Of a DNA stretch of 64,000 nt, positions 59,643 through 64,000 are shown piece by piece (within the stretch, counting starts at the first letter, position 1; every line of letters starts with the position of its first letter). A program made the position numbers and the translations under genes. The notes under the pieces were generated by a model. It was not told the DNA's origin. It did no database searches and worked only from the letters and a program-made list of their open reading frames with translations. The DNA is from an uncultured Methylophilus sp. (GTDB lineage Bacteria > Pseudomonadota > Gammaproteobacteria > Burkholderiales > Methylophilaceae): contig CBDFLF010000001.1 in the NCBI GenBank assembly GCA_965249075.1, positions 693,017-757,016 on the forward strand. Reading direction: 5' to 3'.

Positions 59643-60827
59643 ATGGATGCGCATAAAAAACCCAAACTATTGTTAGGCATCACTGGCGGTATAGCGGCTT
59701 ATAAAACCGCAGAATTGGTGCGCCTGCTGACCAAAGCGAATATCAATACTCAAGTAGTCATGACCGATGCCGCTACGCAATTTATCACACCCACAACCTT
59801 GCAAGCGCTTTCTGGTAAACCCGTGTTTATCAATCAATGGGATAACCGAATTGCGAATGGCATGCCTCATATTGAGCTTAGCCGAGATGCCGATGCGATT
59901 TTAATTGCCCCAGCCAGTGCCGACTTTATTGCCAAGCTAGCGCATGGCTTTGCCAATGACCTGCTCTCTACCTTGTGTTTGGCGCGCGAATGCCCGTTGC
60001 TGGTCGCGCCCGCCATGAACAAGCAAATGTGGGAGAACCCTGCCACGCAACGTAATATCGCGCAAATCAAGCAAGATAAAATTACCGTACTAGGCCCTGC
60101 AGCAGGCGAGCAAGCTTGTGGTGAAGTCGGGTTGGGACGCATGCTAGAGCCAGAAGAACTAATCCAATCTATTGAAGTGCTACTCACTGCCCCTTTGCTT
60201 AAAGATAAAAAGATTTTAATCACCGCAGGCGCGACGCTGGAAATGATAGACCCCGTGCGTGGCATTACCAATTTAAGCTCAGGCAAAATGGGCTATGCTT
60301 TAGCTAAAATTGCCGCCAATATGGGCGCGCAAGTCACGCTAATTTCTGGCACCAGCACACAACAACCGCCTGCGATGGTGAACACCCTGTTTGCCACCAG
60401 CGCAGAAGCCATGTATCAAAGCGTGATGGCACATGTCACAACACAAGATATTTTTATCAGCGTGGCGGCAGTGGCGGATTACAGCCCTGCACACCCATCT
60501 AAACAAAAAATCAAAAAAAGTGAAGACACACTCACCATCGAAATCAAACGCAACAAAGATATTTTGGCCGATGTCGCCAGCTTGCCCAATGCGCCTTACT
60601 GTGTTGGCTTTGCCGCCGAAACCGAGCACGTGATTGAATACGCCAAACAAAAACGCATCGCAAAAAAAATACCCATGATTATCGCCAACCATGCCATCAG
60701 CACCATGGGCAAAGACGTGAATCAAGTCACCATTATTGACGAGCAAGGCGCTCACACCTTAGCGCTTGCGGACAAAACTGCCATCGCCACACAAATTCTG
60801 CAACACCTCAGCTCGCAGATTATTTAA
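59643..60827 (+). CDS. coaBC: Phosphopantothenoylcysteine decarboxylase/ligase
   Basis: GITGGIAAYK, PHIEL, APASADFIAK, PAMNKQMW, CGEVGLGRM, TNLSSGKMG, AAVADY, VGFAAET. Confidence 0.98.
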   Translation: MDAHKKPKLLLGITGGIAAYKTAELVRLLTKANINTQVVMTDAATQFITPTTLQALSGKPVFINQWDNRIANGMPHIELSRDADAILIAPASADFIAKLAHGFANDLLSTLCLARECPLLVAPAMNKQMWENPATQRNIAQIKQDKITVLGPAAGEQACGEVGLGRMLEPEELIQSIEVLLTAPLLKDKKILITAGATLEMIDPVRGITNLSSGKMGYALAKIAANMGAQVTLISGTSTQQPPAMVNTLFATSAEAMYQSVMAHVTTQDIFISVAAVADYSPAHPSKQKIKKSEDTLTIEIKRNKDILADVASLPNAPYCVGFAAETEHVIEYAKQKRIAKKIPMIIANHAISTMGKDVNQVTIIDEQGAHTLALADKTAIATQILQHLSSQII

Positions 60828-60851
60828 GTCCACATCAAACCACAATAACAT

Positions 60852-60866
60852 TCATGATTATCATGA
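60852..60866. promoter_or_regulatory. 7-1-7 palindrome upstream of the TonB receptor (possible repressor site, partial Fur-box resemblance)
   Basis: TCATGAT-T-ATCATGA. Confidence 0.35.
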
Positions 60867-60927
60867 GTGTTTTTTTTTGCTTATCCTTTAAAATCGCGCA
60901 ACTCTAATTTTATGAACAATCATTCAA

Positions 60928-63057
60928 ATGCAAGCTTTTAAACTTACGCCTATTTCAGTTGCAGTCTTAGCAACACTATCCACAATCCAACCAGTCTCGG
61001 CAGAAGAAAATAACCTTAACATCGCCCCAGTTGTAGTCACAGCTACACGTAATGCGGTAAATAGTTTTGACTTACCTGTGGCGATTGATGTTGTTGAGCA
61101 AAAAGACATACAAGATGGTCAATTGCAAATGACGCTCTCAGAAAGCCTCATTCGCGTTCCAGGCATCACAGCCCAAAATAGAACCCAACAAGCACAAGAC
61201 CCGCAAATTTCCAGTCGCGGCTTTGGTTCACGGTCCAGCTTTGGTGTGCGTGGCGTTCGCATCTATGTAGACGGTATCCCACTCACCATGCCAGATGGTC
61301 AAGGTCAACCCGGTGTGGTAGATTTATCTGCCATAAAAAGCATAGAAGTCATGCGCGGTCCTTTCTCAGCTTTATACGGCAACTCGTCAGGCGGTGTGAT
61401 TCAAATGATTACGGAAGACTCGCCAAAGACACCACAAGTCGGTGGTACCGTCATGTTTGGTAGTTACGATACTAAGCGCAATATTCTAGAAGCAGCGGGC
61501 AATGCAGATGGCGTTGATTATTTGTTGAACTTATCCAATTTTGAGAGTGATGGCTACCGCGACAACAGCAAGAGCGACAAACAACAAGCCACTGCAAAAT
61601 TTAAATTTAATATTAGTCAGGACACGAAAGTCACGGCTTTAGTGAACTGGTTTGAGCAAGACGCACAAGATCCGATTGGCTTAGACCGCGCACGAGCATT
61701 TAACAATAGTACGCGCGACACTATCGTTCCTGCTGCCTTGTTTGCTAATACTAGTGTGAGTAGAGATCACACTCAAATTGGATTTAATTTAGAACATAGC
61801 TTTAATGAAAACAATAAAGTGAGTTTTACCCCTTATGTAGGCACCCGAAAGAATGCTCAAATACTGACGACCACGCCTACAGCAACAACATTGGCTACGA
61901 CCAATGCACGCTTAAGCGAGATTGATCGCGATTTTCATGGGATTGACACTCGTTGGGACAATAGTGGCAGCTTAGGCATGATGCCTTACACTTTGAGCAT
62001 GGGTTTAACTTATGGAGAATCTAGCGACGATAGATTGGATACAAACATTCTGACTAATGGTGTACGTACATCAGTGTTAAACAGAAGAGAAGAAAATATC
62101 TCAAGTAATTTTGACCAATATATTCAAGGCAAGTTAAGCATCAACCCTGGTTTCGATATTCATGCAGGGACAAGACATACCAAAGTAAAATTAAAAGTGA
62201 ATGATGATTTGCTAACCGTCAATGGTGATAACAGCGGCGATGTAGAGTATCAAAAGACCACGCCAGTGATTGGTGCTGTATGGAAAGCGACAGAAACGCT
62301 GAATTTTTATGCCAACATGGGCAAAGGCTTTGAAACGCCTACTTTTATTGAAGCTGCTTTTGATAACGTAGCTGGCGGTATAGCAAGCAAACCTAATTTA
62401 TCACTCAAAGCCGCAGAAAGCCGTAACTTCGAGTTAGGCGCAAAAGCTTTTATTGGTGATAGCATGAAAGCCAATCTAACCCTTTTCAAAGTTGATACTA
62501 AAAATGAGATCGTTACTCGTCAGACGATTGCTGGCCGCTCTAGCTTCCAAAATGCAGGGGATACTAAACGCACTGGCATAGAAGCGTCACTTGAAGCATC
62601 TTTCGAAAACAACATTACTGCCTATGCATCATACACATTACTCAACGCCAAATTTGAAGACTCTTTCAGCACTGTCATTAATGGTGCTGGTACGCTAGGC
62701 ACAGTACTTTCTGGAAACAAAATACCAGGCACTTATCGTAGCCAAATTTACGGGGAAGTTGCATGGAAAGCACCATCTATTGGTTTCAGCACGGCATTAG
62801 AGGGGCGCCACAATAGCAAAGTGTATGTGAATGATATAAATACGGATACAGCACCAAGCTATACCATCTTCAACTTACGCGCTGGTTTTGAGCAGAACCT
62901 TGCCCACTGGCAATTTCAAGAATACGTGCGCATCGAAAACATGTTTGACAAAGACTATATCGGTTCAGTCCGCGTCAATGATGGTAACGCTTTATTTTTT
63001 GAACCGGGTGCTGATCGAAACTACTTAGTTGGCTTAGGCGCAAAATACAAGTTCTAA
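60928..63057 (+). CDS. TonB-dependent outer membrane receptor, YncD/PqqU-like
   Basis: Signal peptide, TonB box VVVTA, plug LSESL..VPG, RGFGSRSSFGVRGVRIYVDGIPLTMPDGQGQ and EVMRGPFSALYGNSSGGVI, C-terminal FEP..RNY and terminal Phe. Confidence 0.9.
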   Translation: MQAFKLTPISVAVLATLSTIQPVSAEENNLNIAPVVVTATRNAVNSFDLPVAIDVVEQKDIQDGQLQMTLSESLIRVPGITAQNRTQQAQDPQISSRGFGSRSSFGVRGVRIYVDGIPLTMPDGQGQPGVVDLSAIKSIEVMRGPFSALYGNSSGGVIQMITEDSPKTPQVGGTVMFGSYDTKRNILEAAGNADGVDYLLNLSNFESDGYRDNSKSDKQQATAKFKFNISQDTKVTALVNWFEQDAQDPIGLDRARAFNNSTRDTIVPAALFANTSVSRDHTQIGFNLEHSFNENNKVSFTPYVGTRKNAQILTTTPTATTLATTNARLSEIDRDFHGIDTRWDNSGSLGMMPYTLSMGLTYGESSDDRLDTNILTNGVRTSVLNRREENISSNFDQYIQGKLSINPGFDIHAGTRHTKVKLKVNDDLLTVNGDNSGDVEYQKTTPVIGAVWKATETLNFYANMGKGFETPTFIEAAFDNVAGGIASKPNLSLKAAESRNFELGAKAFIGDSMKANLTLFKVDTKNEIVTRQTIAGRSSFQNAGDTKRTGIEASLEASFENNITAYASYTLLNAKFEDSFSTVINGAGTLGTVLSGNKIPGTYRSQIYGEVAWKAPSIGFSTALEGRHNSKVYVNDINTDTAPSYTIFNLRAGFEQNLAHWQFQEYVRIENMFDKDYIGSVRVNDGNALFFEPGADRNYLVGLGAKYKF

Positions 63058-63073
63058 ACAATCCAATAGACTC

Positions 63074-63100
63074 AAAGCCAGCTACCATGCTGGCTTTTTT
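63074..63100 (+). terminator. Intrinsic terminator after the TonB receptor
   Basis: AAAGCCAGC-TACCAT-GCTGGCTTTTTT. Confidence 0.8.
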
Positions 63101-63186
63101 ATGCATGGTAGTTTGCGATTGGATAGTGATTTATCCTTGCTTTTAGTGTTTAATATCATCTCTATTTCACACGTTAGATTACTGCC

Positions 63187-63639
63187 ATGTCCATCACCGT
63201 TGATTTAAAAATTCTCGACAACCGCTTACATCACATGATGCCAAGTTACGCCACCCCTGGCTCTGCAGGCTTGGACTTGCGAGCATGCATTGAACACACG
63301 CAAACCATACAACCTGGGGAAACGGTGATGATTCCGACGGGGATGGCGATTCATATTGATAACGCTTATTACGCGGCACTAATTTTGCCACGCTCTGGTT
63401 TGGGTCATAAACACGGCATCGTGTTAGGTAATTTGGTCGGCTTAATCGACTCAGATTATCAAGGACAACTCTTGGTTTCTTGCTGGAACCGTAGCAAAGA
63501 TGCGTTTATTCTCAATCCTTTAGAACGCATTGCGCAATTGGTGATTGTGCCTGTGGTGCAAGCAGATTTTCACATTGTGGATGAGTTTACGAGTAGCGAG
63601 CGCGGTGAAGGTGGCTTTGGCAGCACTGGAAAACACTAA
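63187..63639 (+). CDS. dut: dUTP diphosphatase
   Basis: [38 protein letters not shown]. Confidence 0.99.
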   Translation: MSITVDLKILDNRLHHMMPSYATPGSAGLDLRACIEHTQTIQPGETVMIPTGMAIHIDNAYYAALILPRSGLGHKHGIVLGNLVGLIDSDYQGQLLVSCWNRSKDAFILNPLERIAQLVIVPVVQADFHIVDEFTSSERGEGGFGSTGKH

Positions 63640-63665
63640 ATATCTATAAAAAATAAAGATTTGTC

Positions 63666-63695
63666 TTGAAAAGATATCGATTTTCATAATATAAT
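63666..63695 (+). promoter_or_regulatory. Sigma70-type promoter candidate for rpmB
   Basis: TTGAAA-18 nt-TATAAT. Confidence 0.5.
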
Positions 63696-63751
63696 CTCGG
63701 TCTTTCTCAAAAGCACAAGTATTTGAGACAGTTTCTGTCTTAGGAGCAATT

Positions 63752-63988
63752 ATGGCACGTGTATGTCAAGTAACTGGCAAAAAGCCAATGGTGGGTAACA
63801 ATGTTTCTCACGCACAAAACAAAACAAGACGTCGTTTTTTACCAAATTTACAAAACCGTAAATTTTGGGTTGAGAGCGAAAACCGTTGGGTAAGCTTACG
63901 CATTACTAACGCTGCTTTGCGTACTATTGATAAAAATGGTATCGATGCTGTGTTGGCTAAATTGCGCGCTGCTGGCGAAAAAATCTAA
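63752..63988 (+). CDS. rpmB: 50S ribosomal protein L28
   Basis: [34 protein letters not shown]. Confidence 0.99.
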   Translation: MARVCQVTGKKPMVGNNVSHAQNKTRRRFLPNLQNRKFWVESENRWVSLRITNAALRTIDKNGIDAVLAKLRAAGEKI

Positions 63989-64000
63989 GTCATTAGACTA

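Overview
A 64 kb, gene-dense stretch of a betaproteobacterial chromosome. A Methylophilaceae-like origin is inferred from remembered protein resemblance only; no search was run. Most of the window is housekeeping: uvrD, groES-groEL (sigma32-like promoter plus CIRCE), bioA, dacB, coq7, an S41 protease, a DinG-family helicase, arfB, an AcrAB/OprM-type RND pump with an AcrR-like regulator, dusB-fis-purH-purD-hemF, ilvD, lgt, cstA, tRNA-Val(TAC), radC, coaBC, dut and rpmB. The standout is a six-gene minus-strand phosphonate operon at 2677-8778. It encodes cytidylyltransferase-fused PEP mutase, phosphonopyruvate decarboxylase, an AEP-transaminase-like enzyme, a second cytidylyltransferase, a SAM methyltransferase with an N-methyltransferase-like motif, and a TagF-like transferase fused to TPRs. 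Together these predict a CMP-activated, probably N-methylated 2-aminoethylphosphonate decoration of a glycan or protein. Other accessory signals: a candidate sRNA with anti-Shine-Dalgarno loops next to that operon; an AT-rich HEPN-like gene bracketed by covarying GTAG-type REP hairpins; an AT-rich DUF2971-like gene with ADP-ribosyltransferase-like motifs; several MITE/ERIC-like hairpin repeats; a standalone ANTAR protein divergent from cstA; and a YncD/PqqU-like TonB receptor between coaBC and dut. No CRISPR array, rRNA, integrase or transposase was seen.
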